DNA from: Phoronis australis
Taxonomy: Eukaryota > Animalia > Phoronida
Direction of reading: 5' to 3'
Length of the DNA stretch: 64,000 nt
NCBI GenBank assembly: GCA_002633005.1
Contig: NMRA01000152.1
Location: 186,001 to 250,000 of the forward strand
Below, one piece after another: positions 23,601-36,329 of the stretch. Position numbers and translations under genes: made by a program. The notes under the pieces are model-generated. The model was not told the DNA's origin. It did no database searches and saw nothing but the letters and a program-made list of their open reading frames with translations. Every line of letters begins with the position of its first letter. Positions within the stretch are counted from its first letter, which is position 1.

Positions 23601-26600
23601 TGATTGATAACATCTCGATGTGTATTTGGTAAATATAGCTAAGGTTGCATTACTGTGAACAAAATACACTATTTTGTTATATTATGCAGAAAAAATAAAC
23701 CTTAAGAAAGAGAAGTTCTTTTTAGATGTCTCTGTTCTCTCTCTTCTTTAATTAGTGACTCTGGTTAGTTCCTGACGTACACACTAGATGGGGTAAATTT
23801 TGTTATTTCAGGCTGATGATTATTACGACATGAGGAGAAGTTACACAATCATTGGATCAGCTTTATTTTATAAGGTATGTTATTTCTCATCATGTTTGTG
23901 TAGAAACACTCTTTCCCTTGATCATACATATCTAAAGTGTGTACATGTAAAAGTAATGGTCGGATAGAACTTGTCCGAATTTTGAGAACCAGTTTTCTCC
24001 TCTGAGTAAAGGGCATGACTCTGGTTCTCAAAATATGGTCAAGTTATGTCCAGCTATTGCCATAGTAGCTAATATTAAAATTACACACAAGGCCATCCGT
24101 AAGCACATTTTTCGTCTGTCATGAATATATTTTTATTATCGTTTCTACTTGTACACAATTGCGTTAAAGAAAAACTGGAGTTTGTTGCATTTGTGGCTAA
24201 CTTTGTCTCGGGTAAACATTTCAATTTAGTTCGAAATTGAGTGCTATTGACTAATTATTGCTGAACTGTGCAATAACTAGATGCAAAACATTTTCTTTCA
24301 ATGGAATGAAGAAGACGGAGCAAGGTGTCAAATGACACAAAAGTCAAGTTCGACTTCTTGGTTGAAGCATGTTTTGCTAATTATATTCATTTTGTGTTCA
24401 CTATATCTGACAGTATTTCTTGGAGTTAAGCATTGCTAAGAAAAGACTGCTGCAAAAGCTCTGTTGTCAGCTACCCACATTTTAAATTTGAAACTTTGTC
24501 TAAAATGGACCACGTTGACAGAATTGATTTCTAGAATTGGCTGTTCAGTCAGGATAAGAGATGAAAATTTTATGGCTGGCATGAGGGTTGCTTGCTCATC
24601 GACAACTGGGGCCACTGAGCCTTTAAAGCCACATTTACCCAGCAGACAGTTGTCACAGAACAACTTACATGGAACAGCGCGTGTGTGTGTAGACACGACT
24701 GACATGGAGCAAGTTGACGTGGCAACCATTTTTGACACTGGTTTGAGAGGTAGATCAAGTTGCACTCGATCAGTTGCTCCAGTGTCAACTACGTGTCTGA
24801 GTGCAAACTGGGGCAAAGCAGAAGGGCTCATCCCTGTTAGGCTTGTGTGTGCGGGTGGTCTGCTGGCATTCCACGTGGTTTTAATGTTGGCTATTGTTTA
24901 TGCGAGTATTTGCAGACAGTCTTCGTGTAAATGACTTATCCCGATCCAGTTAGCAATCTTGTGCCGTGTAAATTTGATTGAAGTGGAGCAAGCCGCGATG
25001 TGACAACTTGCACTGTGACAACTGTTCCCCGCAAAAAAAGCTTTATACGGCTTGAACTTACTAACTACATGAGTTTTGATGATGTGAATTTGGTGGAATT
25101 TCTCATAGTCTTCACTTACTGCTGTTAAAAAACATTTTCTTTGTCTGAAGTCATGTGAAGTGATGCTGGAGCTGTTTCTTGCAGGGCTTCCTGGTTTCTA
25201 ATCATTTACACAAGGAAGACCTGATAGACCTCTCCCTATACGCCAAGTACTATGGCCTGCTGGCGTTGTCACGGCAACAGGAAGTAGGTCAAGTTGTGGT
25301 GTGGAAGGAAGTGTACCCCAGTCGCAGGTGCCATGTACAGGTGGACCCACTGATACCTGGCTATACAGAGCCTGAGGCCAGATGGTTTATGATGTTGGTT
25401 GGAGTGGTATGTCACTGTTGTGAAGTTGCTGCATCAAAAGCTGCAGTTAATATTGCCATTGGCTGCGCGTGGTTGACTTCGCCGGTACCACCAGGTCAAT
25501 TTGTTAAGACATCTGACTGGTTCTTGAAGTCGACTTCCGACTTTCAAACCAATCAGTTGTCTTAAGCAGTTGACCTGGTGGAACCAGCGAAGTCAGTTAA
25601 GTATAGCCAATGCCTTTGATTTAGATCCTTTATTGATCTTGTGCCACGCTTTGCATGTAAGAGATGTATTTTGAAAAGTAATTATTTATTTTAGCATTTA
25701 TGCAAGGTTGTGTAAATGTGGTATATTCCTTTCAAAATGATGCTCACCATTAAACAAAGAAAACTTTCTAATTGTTAACATTGATTTATGTGTTTAACAG
25801 CGGTTGAAAAACCTGATCAAGCAAAAATTTCATCTACTTTCTTCAAGTTAGTCAGCCTTGAAATAAATTGTAATTTTGGTGATTATTTATGCAAAGTAAC
25901 TGAATAGACACTCAATTAAAAATAATGTTGTGCCCAATAATGCATTATGTACGTTGAAGGGCACTACCTGCCATGGAAGTTGCAGAGAGACACCTGTTGG
26001 TCTCTTTTGTACTTACAGAAGCACAAACTGTTGTGTGTTTTGTTGGAAGCGGGTGGATGTGCAGCATGGGTCGAGGGGCACCCGACCCCTGACCCCTTCT
26101 ACATAGACCAAGCCAAGGCCACCTTGCTTCAGCTGGAGTCTGTTGATGTCAATAAGAGCTGTGAGCAAAGGTACAGCATACAAACTAATCTCTCGTTTAT
26201 GGAACACTTCGTAGATACTTTCCTGCCCTTAATTATTTTTAATATCAAATCCGGTGAAAAAAATAGCAATTAGCAATAATGTCTATGCTTGAATAGTTCT
26301 TTTTTGACAAAATTACTTCGTAACATTTATTAAAGATATTTTGTGTTGTATTCACGTGATTATTTTTCTGTAATGTACATAAATGTTTGTTGTTTTACTT
26401 ATAAGTTGTTACACTTTCACTCTGGATGTTTTTTTCCTTGTTGGGTGTTCTTAAGTATTGTGTGTTAATGGCGTGTTGTCTATTCCCTGTAGTGGAACCT
26501 TGACTCTGAAATTGACCAATTGCATGTCTTGCTTGGAGTAAGCTTACACCCTGTACTCAAATTAGGCTACACGATTGGTTAAATTTGGAGGTTTGCTTTA

Positions 26601-29600
26601 TAAAGTTAAATCTTGAGCTTAAAGATTAGATAGATCCTGGACCCCCGAACACTGAAATTTACATAACCAGATAACTATACACTCAATGAAATATCCATAT
26701 TACAAGTTATCCCTGTTCTGTTGACAGTTTGCAGACTACTCCAGCTGTCAGTTTGGTTCAGGCTGACTGGTTTTTCCCTAACTATAAAGGAACTGAAACT
26801 AGCAAGGGTCAGCCCTCACCCAAGCCAAGTAAGTGTCATAGTATGTTACATGTTCATGTTTTGTGCTATGTGGTTCTATCACAAGTTTTTGACCCGTCCT
26901 GGATAACGTACATCCTGGATAATGTACGTCCGGGATAACGTAGGTTACACTCCAAAAGTATTTAGGACCATATACCGTTTCCTCATTACATGGATAATTC
27001 TGTTACGGTAATGTGGGACTTTGCTGACGAGACTGCGTATTTAGTGAGGTATCTGCAAAGCCTTAGGTTTTAACTGAGTAAAAGTATTATTTTCTGAAAG
27101 TAGAATGTCTGTAGAATTTGATTTTTGACTTTTTACCAATCTGCCATTATTTAGGTCCTGTGACCATGTCTCTTTTTATATAGTAAAATTTAGCAAATAG
27201 GAAAGGTATATGCATAGCTAAACAATGATATTAAAAACATGATTTTTGATATCAATGTTCAAGATGAGATCTCAAAATGTTGTTACAGTTTTCTAAATTA
27301 TCATTTTGTTTTTCGTTTTATATGACTTAATGAGTTTCTTCCTGAAAACCGTAAAGTTTCTCTTTTCTCATAACCCGTCGTGTAAAAATGGAACATTTTA
27401 AAAACAATTTTTAACAGCGTTTTGGAACACAGTGCATCATTCAACAAGCTTAGTATTTGAAAGTTTGATATGAATCTGGTCAGCCATTTCTGAGACATGA
27501 AGTTATAAATTTAGCCAAATTTAGACATTTTCCATGTCCCTGCATAACCTTAAAAGTGAGAATGAATGGGTAGGACTCATAATCATAATTGTGACAAAAT
27601 CTTAATTGTAAAATAAGTGTTTCACCTTGCTAAGTTTTTGGAGAATCCCTCATTATTTCGGGACGTGACAGATCTCTAATTTGATGAATTCTACTTGGAG
27701 AAAGCGTCGCTTTGTTTAATTTTGTTTTTTGCAAAGTCTGGCAGAATTAAAGGCTTTAGGCAAAAGAAATAAGGGTTTACTTCAATTTTCTGCCTCTGGA
27801 GCAGTTTGTTTCGTAAAGTCACGAATTTGTGAGAGGAGAAATGCACAGCTTCTGTCTGGCGATCTGTTTATTTTAAAGTATTCACCCCAGACATTTTCAT
27901 TTCCTTTAATTTGCAGTGAATTGATAGAAGTATATAATATCCGAAAAAAATTATCGCTATTTTATATAAATACCACTTTTCATTTTCGAAATCTTGGTGT
28001 TTTAGCTTTGACGAAGGGCGGTGTAACCAGAAACATATGCGTGAGACTGTTTAATAACAGTGCTATTGATCATCTCTTTATTCCCATTTTACTTAGCTTA
28101 AATTTGTTATTAATTAGATACCAAGAAGAACAACGAATCTTTACTCAAAAAGAAACTGACCAATGTCCAGCCAAAGACCTCTCCTGGCCGAGCAGAGCAT
28201 GAATCGGATGGTGACAGCATCCTGTCTGACTTGTCGCTGACGACGACACCGCGGCAGGAGAAGGGTAGGAAGACCTCAGCGGCCTCGGACGAGTCGGAGG
28301 AGAGTAGTGGGAGCTTTAATGTGTTCAGGGTGAGTGTTTCACTGTCAGGTCTTACTAGGTTGAAGGCTTGTGTGTGTGTGTATGTGTGTGTATGTGTGTG
28401 TGCATGTGTCATAGACTGATGGACTCTGGGTGCATGTGTTATAGTCAGACCGGTGTGATGCGAGTTTTTGTGTTCTTGATTTTTGTTATGAAGTATTCTC
28501 CACAAGGAGTAAACATAATGTAAAACAATTTTTTCTTCACTCTCCTATGTAACCAGAAGAAATATGTTATTTTTGAATCATATAAATAATTTTTTGAATA
28601 ATAATCATGAAAAAATTTATATGATTTAGCTGATGATTCTTACTAATAAAAGAACCTTCCAGAAATGATGGTATAATATTAAACATTTTCACCAGCCGAA
28701 GCAGTTACCAGTTAGTTGACTACAAGTTAAACTTACCAAAGCCAAGGGAGAATTCTGGAGTGATCGCACACCTCCCAGTAGCAATTCTGCTCTTGTAAAC
28801 AATGATTCATGATTGAATCCCCCTCGGCAATATGTTAGTGTGTTACAGTGTGATGAGAGAGGTGTTGGATGAGGGTGTTGTAGTGCAAGTAGGTCAGTGT
28901 GTTAGCAACACCTTGGTACACCTCACTGAAGGGGCTGTGCGGAGGAAGTTTGTACTGGTCTTTGACAGACTGAAGCAAAATGTTCTGTTACACAACGGTG
29001 GAGATCCCTTGTGTGATATTCCGGGCAATGTGATGGCGATCAAATGCATGCTGCCTACTGATACTAAAATGCTCACCATAAATAGAGATCTATGAGTTCA
29101 GCTGCCTAGCTTGAACAACTGCTGAGATGACACGCCAAGGCAAGAACAATTCAATAAACTAGTACTGCATCGTTCAATTGTTAAGTACGTATTGTTGCGA
29201 CTTGATGTGTGTGTTCAGCTCAGCTATTGCTAACTTGAAGTAAATAGCTCAGTTCGTAGCCCTGTGGAAATTCGTGGAGCATGGCAATGAACACTTTGGT
29301 CACTGATTTGGCCATAAATAATCCTGCGTACAATTCAAGTGCAGTAAGATTGTCACAAAGATTCATAGAGTTACAGTGAAACTTGGTAAAGACAAAGTAC
29401 GGCTTTGGGTTGACTGTGTTCAAATTACCAATGACAGTAACTACTTGATATCCCGTGCCAGACAGTTGTTGTGGTACCAGTATTACCTGATAGATGTCCT
29501 TCTGGTCTGTATAAATTTCATGTGAGCAAGCTTGAATTTAATGCATTGATGAATACATTGATTGGCTTGCATTAATGAGATGGTCCTCAAAAAGAAAGTG

Positions 29601-32600
29601 GAGTTAATTATAAGTAGAGTATGGTAATTATTAATTTTGGGCAAAACAATTGTTGCTGAAATTTTCATTTTGCCGGTTGTGTAAGCAGCAGCATTGCTGC
29701 AAAATCTCCATTTTTTGTATCCTCAAGATGGCACTGCTTGCAGAGTATAATTGTTTTTACTCAGTGTGTTCTCAAAGCATTCCAAATGTTGTTTCATTGA
29801 TGGGTTTCAATTATTTAAAGGCTGACTATGGATCAATATGATGCTGCCTCAAACATTTAAAAATTAACTAGGCATTGTTACTAACAGCTGAATATTATAA
29901 GTTTTGTTAACAATGTTGTGGAGCTTGGCGAATAGTCCTCCTCTGTGCCATATTGTGTGCTGAATAAGGGAAAATTTACTGCATTGTTAAATAATGCGTG
30001 TTTTTGTCTGTGTGCTTCTGTTGCAGGTTTGTGCCCCTATATTGTGTTTGATGTTTTTGACCATTCTTGATTTATGTGCTTGTACTGATGTGCTTGTACT
30101 GGTCACTAATGGTATCAAAGTTGAAACCTATTGACTTGAACTCTGACTAAAATTATTTGTTTATGATGCCTCTTGACTTGTTTGTGTTGAGTGTAAGTGA
30201 CCTGTTAAGTGGCGACTGTCAGCCGATTTGCTGTGTTATCCAATTTGTTAGCTGATTCCAGTCGTTGAAGTGTCATTTTGGTTGGCGTGGTTGGACCTTT
30301 ATTGGGTTTTATGTGATTGAACTGTTGGATGGTTTGTGTAGGTTATATTAAATGACTGTGTTTAACCTGTAGGTGTGTCATAACTGTTTAACCTGTGGGT
30401 GAGGGCATATCAGTTACTGTGGAATCAGGTTGATAAATTGCTTTGTCTATGAGCATACTTCACAGTAAAGCAGTTACAGACAACTTCTTCAAATCTGAAC
30501 ACAACATGGCGGCACAACAAAATTTTATTTTCTAAAAATTTTCAGCCAGTGTAAACAAGATGGCAATTATTTTACTTTGATTATCTAAAAACATTTATTA
30601 TATAGAACGACTGTCGTCAACAAACATACAAGGACATTTTGAACACCCTGCATACTTGCCATCTGACAGTGATTCTGCGCAATTACGCTTGTGTATTCAC
30701 AACAATGCTAGGAGTCTTTCATAAATGAGAAAATACCAAAATCTGGCAACTATTTTTGTCAGAAATTGGTGAGATTTTGCGGTATTCCTAAAATCTTGTT
30801 CGAGGTCCGACCTTGAGCCACGTAATTATTTTTGTTCGCTGTCCCAAACTGCTGGATTTACCAGTTCTTACCAAGATCAGGAATCACTTCTGGCCTAAGT
30901 CGTCTTCATCAAAACTTGGCGTTTTTGAGCTTTGAAAGTCTCCAGAGGCTAATGCACTGGGATTTTTTAAATTTATTCTTAACAGGGCTTGACCTGAATG
31001 CTAAGATGTTTTCAAAGAACGAGAAATTTCTCACTCTGTGAGAGATGCCTTCACTGTTGGATGCAAACTTATGCAGACCGTGTCTCTGAGCAAATGCAGA
31101 GACCCCTCACGGCGTATAGGAGAACTACAATCCATTTTAACAAATGAATTTTAAGTCAACATAAGGAATGAAGAAACTAACAAGAAACAAACACGAATCA
31201 AAAATATGTCCCACTAAATAATGTTAGTAAATCTGTAATGATGAAAAAGAAATAATTTTTCAGCAAATGTCCACATAACTGCTGAAAACTCAGAAATATG
31301 ACTTGACTAATGATAACTGGTTCTTGCTACAATTGAATGTAGTTACGTAACAAGCACAGCTAAGATTCGTACAATATCAGCTATGGAAATGAGGACATAG
31401 TTAAAGATATTAATCGAATAAGGTTGCGGTATGCAGTTGCGATGATAAGGTAGCATTCACGAGATCACCAAAGGCCAACAATCAGATAAAGGTTTGGGAA
31501 TATTTATGGTGTCTATAAGTAAAGGACACATTTCTCATTAATTTGTTATTATAAGGATAAGGAGCACATGACTAGTAGAACCATTTGTTTTTAATAATGT
31601 GAAGTTGTCAGTGCAAGAAGTCCTAGACTATGGACTTTAGATGCCAAGAATATCTTGATACAGCTGTGAACTAAATGTCGCCTGTCGCATGAGTAATTGT
31701 CATCATATGAGGTCCTTTGTACTAATCACACCACTTCTGGCATTAACCTTTGCACATAGTCATAATCAGGCTTCCGGCTGAATGAGAGAAAATAAAATAC
31801 TGGATGAAGATCATGAATATTTAGCAGCATTGCCAGAGTAGGCAAACAACCTCAAAATGGTGTAACGTAACGTTATCATATCTGACGTTTGCTCAGACTC
31901 CCTAACATCCTTAAGTTATATAGTACGCTATATTATTTTTTATAATACGGTTTCTTCTTGATTTTTAGGGATTTGTTGTGAGTCCTGCACATACTAATGA
32001 CTGTTAAATGTTTAGTGGTCTGAGGTTACAGCTGTAGGTCACAATCGTCATTTAGTAAAGTGTTTGCCATGAAAAGATACTGGGGTTACAACAATACATT
32101 AGGACCATCACTTTGTGTATGGTCCATTTTTCCAGTTTCATAAAAATGATCTTGACCTTCTGTAAGACTTTTAAGACTTAAAAGTTAAGCTATGCCTTTT
32201 TACAGGCTAAAAATCATAAATTAAACTATTGTAATATCTCACCAATTTAGGACTCGATATGAGGGACAAGTGAAATTTTATTTTCTCATTTTTACTAAAA
32301 GATACGTGCCACCGAATTAATGCTTTTTTACTTACAGCTAACACCTGTCCAGAAAACCGCAGGTAGTAATAATAATGATGGACGACCTGGAAAATGAAAA
32401 AGGGGCAGTTTTAGCAATATTGTTTTTGTCTTAAATTTATGAGATTTTATGGTAGACTTTTTACATTCATAAAATAGGTCTCATGATATTCCTTATCTTA
32501 GTTACGATTCTAGTTTCGTTACCAACAAAAATGTCCGAACTGCCTGGTTAATTTTTACCCTAAACCACTTTCCTTGGCCCAGTGGTGGTAGGGTAAAATC

Positions 32601-35600
32601 TCACCAATTTCAGACAAAAATAATTGGCAAAATTCACCTTTTTTAAATTTTTCAAATGCTCCTAACAGTGTTATGAATACCCGGAGTTCCTCAAAACATT
32701 GTCAGATGGTAGCAAAAGTGTACAAGTTGAAACTGATAAAGTCTTCAATTTGTGCTAGATGGGAATAAAATTTCAGCCGTTCACCGTCGTAAATTGGTGA
32801 GATTTTGCCAAGTCTCTGGACTGTCGGATCTGTCATATGCTCAAAAGCCTTGAGAATAAATTGGCAGCAAGCATACCCACAAAGCTGGTCTAGTTGGCTT
32901 GGGGGACATAGCTTTGGGACACTTCTCAGGTCCTTCTTCAGTCTTGACTGATGAAAAATTTCCCCGGCCTCTTCTGTCATGTGGTAGCCATGTGAGACAT
33001 TTATTGGCCACCACGAGAAACTAAGGCATGCTAGGTATGTCATGTCCTCGATCCCTGTTCAAGAAGGCTTTTCCCCCTTAATCTCAGCCGCCTCATGGTG
33101 TGTTCCGCTTATTTCAGAGCCCTAAGAAAGGACGTGCCTTACCAAGTGCCTTTGACCTGTCATCCATAAAAAGGGAATTAAACGGAGGTCAGATTGAGAA
33201 TAATGCCATACGGTGAGTGTGTAAAAATGCATGTCATAGATGCCGTGTGGCAAGTCTATGTTGGGCAGTAATTAGCTGCGTAGAAATGTTCTATGATGTA
33301 TGTACATTGGTCAGTCTGGCAGATACAGGTGGGATTATTATTGTGACTTACATTAATGTGTAAGTCACAAGCCTAAAATACTAAAAATATGGTAAAATAT
33401 TTACAAATTTGGTGAAAATAATAAGCAAGATGGTTCCTTTTCCATTTTTGCAACAGCTTCTTGTGAATGCTCAAAATTCCTCAAAAATTCTGACATTAGC
33501 TGTGGTGTTGAACTTATAGATCATGATACTGAATTTAAAGACAGCCTCCAGCAGCTAAAACACCTTTTTGCCACCAGAAATGCAAGTATTGTTCATAAAA
33601 AATATTGTTATTGCTTCTTACATACCACAGAAAGAAATTAATTGCAATGCAAATTATACCGCTCATAATTCGTAGCCCTTCAAGCGCCCCAGAAAAATTC
33701 TCAACCAACCAGTGTAAAGTGGTTCATATGACATCATCGTGGCCATGAAATTACTCGAAAGCCACATTGCGTAACAGCTGAGTGCCATTTCTAGGACGTT
33801 CTGTACGTGTCGATCTCTGGGCCAAAATGCCGCGCTGCGTGGTGTACGGGTGTAGAAATGGTCAGGTGACCCAATCATTGGAAGGCTGTTACAAAAACAA
33901 AAATCAAATTCTACAGGCTTTCTACTTTCAGAAAGTATAAAGTTTTACTGACAGAGTTAATGTCTATAGTTTTGTGGATACGTGTTGATAAAGTCCTATA
34001 TAACCTTAATCCATCTCCAACTCTTGACCTTATAATTCGAGTTCAGTAACCCAGGGAACTGCATGCACTGTCTACCAGTTTAAGTAGAGTGCCAAAGTTT
34101 CTACAGTTCTTGGTGTTCACTTTGGCCTGGCGCAAACTTGTTTGCTTTGAAATTCACCTGCCAAGAATTATTAAATAAATTCAATTTCAGCTTTTTGATT
34201 TTACAAAATTTTACACATTCCGCTTAATGTTTTCCTGCTCCATACTAGCTATCAGCAGTTTCTTATTCCCGTCATTTCAGGTTGGTGGCCGGCTCTGAGA
34301 ATACTCTGTTCCACTACATCAGCGTGGACTCGCTAGAAGGCATATTCATTTGTCCCAACGACCAGCAGACAACTGCTGGTTGTACACACAAACAACTGCT
34401 CAGGAACTTCCACAACAGCTGTCTTCTGATAAGGCGAACATTTGAGAAGGCTATCAAAGCCAGGGTGAGTTGAATGGTGTATAGAACCGAACGTACGAGG
34501 TCATCTTAATGTGTTTGTGAACACCAGTTTCTCAAGAAAATCAACCCCCGACAAACTATCTTTACGTTTACAGTAATAACGATAGTTTTTTTGTGAGAAT
34601 TTGCTAATTAGCCTGTATTGAGATATCACCTTCTTTGGTTATTTTTTTGTGATGAGTAGCCAACCACTGCAAAGTTATTTGGTATTGTGTTCAGTTGTAG
34701 TAGTTCTGCTCATTTTCCATAATTTGCATGTTACTGTGTTATGGTCGGCCAATGTATTTGTAGTTGACAACGCCACAGTGTTTGTGACCACATTTTGGCC
34801 TCAGTCATTTTCAAACTAGCTGTTCTCATAAGATTCATGCCGAGTTCTCATTGATAAGCCTGACGTTGTGCAATTGAAAACACGGGATTTTTATATGTGG
34901 AGTTCAAGGCTTTAGTGCACAGCATCTTACCGATGACAACTTGGAATCATCGGTTTTCTTGTTTTGAGGAAAACAAATTCACAGTTGGGATATGCAGTGT
35001 CTTAAGGGGAAGCTTAAGGATGCCGATTGTCTCGATTCTTTTCATAACAAAGTAAATAATTTAGTTTCAAGCACTGTAACCGTCTTTAAATTGTTATACA
35101 GAGCACATTGCCGGTTCGTTTATTGCAAACAGTAAATAGGGTCTTAAGGTTATGTATAACCCTTGAAAAAATGTTTGGCTAATTTCAGAACATTTTTAGA
35201 AATGAATGATCATACTTGTATGAAACTTTCAGATCCTTCAGTACTTATACACTCTTCCCCAAAACTCTGCTAAGAACTGGTTTTCAAGTGTTTCATTCCT
35301 GAGAGGCTATCAATTTGACTTTTTGGTTTGAATTTTATGGAAAACTCAAAAGTTGCATAAAATGAAAAGATATTTTTGAAAAATGTATTTGTGATTTCAT
35401 TTCGGACTTGAATATTAAACGAAATTTGGTCATATTATTGATATGATTGCTTTATAGTGAATGCACCTTTCTGGTTTCAAGTCCTGAATTTAACTAAAAA
35501 GACACGGTCACATAACCCAATTAATAGCAGATTGGAATAAAGTGATAATTAAATTCTACAAGGTTTCCATATACCGGTATACTTTCATAGAATTTATGGC

Positions 35601-36329
35601 TTTGCAGATATTTGAATATATCTAAAAACTTATCAATAAGGTTCCATATAACCTAAATGCTGCGCAATGATTTTATTCTGATTACAGCTTGATGCCCTAA
35701 ACTGGATTCACTCTAGGTTGAAGTTGACAAATTATAATTCCTTTCCTTTTTAAACGTAAAAAAATTCAAATTTCTATTATAAGTATTTGAACATTGCTTT
35801 TATTGCATATGTGTGAACTTAAAATGGGTTTTAATGTTAACAGGAGGGCCATGGACCTAGTAAGTTGGGCGAGGACACTTCATTCAACGCCGCCAAGGAA
35901 CAAGGCATTTTATTCCAGTGTACACCAGCAAACTGGACAGACAGTAAGAAGACTCCGCCTACTATGATGTATTGGGTTGTAGGGTATGTGTCAATCATTC
36001 TAATTGTTCAACTAGACTAGAGGCTGGGAGTTGCTTGGTAGACTTGTTTATTCCAGTATGAATAAAGTGGCAAGTTTAATATGATGGTATTATTAATACA
36101 TGTGCATTAAAGGCATTGATATCAGGCTAGAGTCTACTAAAAGTCTAATGCTTGTGGTTCTTATTTTAGATACAGCCGTGTTTTATCAGTAGTCAATATG
36201 ATAACCTTGTTTTTCAGGCGTCTCTTCTTTGACCCCTATCCTAGAGAAGTCTACGTGTGCTTTCATGATGCAGCCGAACAGAACGTAATTGAGCTGGCAT
36301 TTAAGTTAAACTTTGGTATGCTCATCTAA
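11611..36329 (+). CDS. INTU: Protein inturned (PDZ + longin domains), 17 coding exons, ~875 aa
   Basis: Join 11611-11690,12985-13457,17274-17359,18897-19088 (or identical copy 19485-19676),20503-20615,21163-21252,22487-22564,22856-23090,23812-23874,25185-25406,26019-26170,26728-26828,28118-28329,33118-33212,34281-34464,35844-35983,36218-36329. All introns are GT-AG with consistent phases, 2628 nt total. Motifs match vertebrate INTU as recalled: [85 protein letters not shown]. Confidence 0.96.
12985..13457 (+). CDS. INTU: INTU exon 2 ([20 protein letters not shown]...[16 protein letters not shown])
   Basis: Acceptor ttttcctag, donor G|gtaagc; start of the PDZ domain. Confidence 0.92.
13679..16550. 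mobile_element. Non-autonomous/degenerate DNA transposon with TTAA TSD (Kolobok-like) in INTU intron 2
   Basis: TTAA|AGGAGAATGCCACCC ... GGGTGGCATTCTCCT|TTAA: perfect 15-bp TIRs, purine-purine terminus. Confidence 0.8.
17274..17359 (+). CDS. INTU: INTU exon 3 ([29 protein letters not shown])
   Basis: PDZ GD.L..VN motif; ttttcag acceptor, gtaagg donor. Confidence 0.92.
18897..19088 (+). CDS. INTU: INTU exon 4 (VKLKLQR...[19 protein letters not shown]), copy A
   Basis: actcag acceptor, gtaggt donor; 192 nt, phase 0/0. Confidence 0.85.
19485..19676 (+). CDS. INTU: INTU exon 4, identical copy B (probably the allelic haplotype duplicated by the assembly)
   Basis: Identical to 18897-19088 at +588; the two blocks are joined by a single N at 19354. 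Confidence 0.6.
19801..20040 (-). mobile_element. tRNA-derived SINE, 240 bp, 12-bp TSD
   Basis: Minus strand: A box TGGCCTGGTTG, B box GGTTCAAGTCC, T-rich tail; TSD GTCCCAAATGTA at 19789-19800 and 20041-20052; empty site visible at 19201. Confidence 0.9.
20503..20615 (+). CDS. INTU: INTU exon 5 ([28 protein letters not shown]...)
   Basis: ttgcag/gtaagt; VRG.F.TL longin motif. Confidence 0.92.
21163..21252 (+). CDS. INTU: INTU exon 6 ([29 protein letters not shown])
   Basis: cttccag/gtaact; phase 2/2. Confidence 0.9.
22487..22564 (+). CDS. INTU: INTU exon 7 ([25 protein letters not shown])
   Basis: ttttag/gtgagt; YGSL motif. Confidence 0.9.
22856..23090 (+). CDS. INTU: INTU exon 8 ([18 protein letters not shown]...LEAADFADM)
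   Basis: ttccag/gtgagt; strong INTU motifs. Confidence 0.95.
23103..23602. mobile_element. 500-bp MITE with 6-bp TSD, 12 nt after the INTU exon 8 boundary
   Basis: ATTGAT|CATGGCTTGGAAT ... ATTCCAAGCCCTG|ATTGAT. Confidence 0.75.
23812..23874 (+). CDS. INTU: INTU exon 9 ([21 protein letters not shown])
   Basis: atttcag/gtatgt; near-identical to recalled vertebrate [20 protein letters not shown]. Confidence 0.95.
25185..25406 (+). CDS. INTU: INTU exon 10 ([16 protein letters not shown]...WFMMLVGV)
   Basis: cttgcag/gtatgt. Confidence 0.93.
25457..25612. repeat. Long imperfect palindrome (foldback) in INTU intron 10
   Basis: ~75-bp arms pair almost throughout around a ~5-nt loop. Confidence 0.85.
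26019..26170 (+). CDS. INTU: INTU exon 11 ([15 protein letters not shown]...[12 protein letters not shown]...)
   Basis: ttacag/gtacag. Confidence 0.93.
26728..26828 (+). CDS. INTU: INTU exon 12 ([16 protein letters not shown]...)
   Basis: ttgacag/gtaagt; ADWF motif. Confidence 0.85.
28118..28329 (+). CDS. INTU: INTU exon 13 (low-complexity linker ...[15 protein letters not shown])
   Basis: aattag/gtgagt; open frame, phases fit both neighbours. Confidence 0.8.
28369..28409. repeat. (TG)n microsatellite
   Basis: Interrupted TG run. Confidence 0.9.
33118..33212 (+). CDS. INTU: INTU exon 14 ([22 protein letters not shown]...)
   Basis: atttcag/gtgagt; resembles recalled KKKSTLPNPFHLGNLKKDL. 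Confidence 0.85.
34281..34464 (+). CDS. INTU: INTU exon 15 ([23 protein letters not shown]...)
   Basis: atttcag/gtgagt; ENTLFHY and QL..NFH motifs. Confidence 0.95.
35844..35983 (+). CDS. INTU: INTU exon 16 (...[30 protein letters not shown])
   Basis: taacag/gtatgt. Confidence 0.95.
36218..36329 (+). CDS. INTU: INTU exon 17, terminal ([36 protein letters not shown])
   Basis: ttttcag acceptor; conserved INTU C-terminus; TAA stop. Confidence 0.95.

Noticed and set aside
24436-25045. 156-aa and 131-aa overlapping ORFs in INTU intron 9
   Set aside because: No recognisable domain; they overlap a decayed inverted-repeat element (acagttgtcacag / ctgtgacaactgt)
28800-29480. Possible LINE reverse-transcriptase fragment
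   Set aside because: No RT or endonuclease motif could be read in any frame
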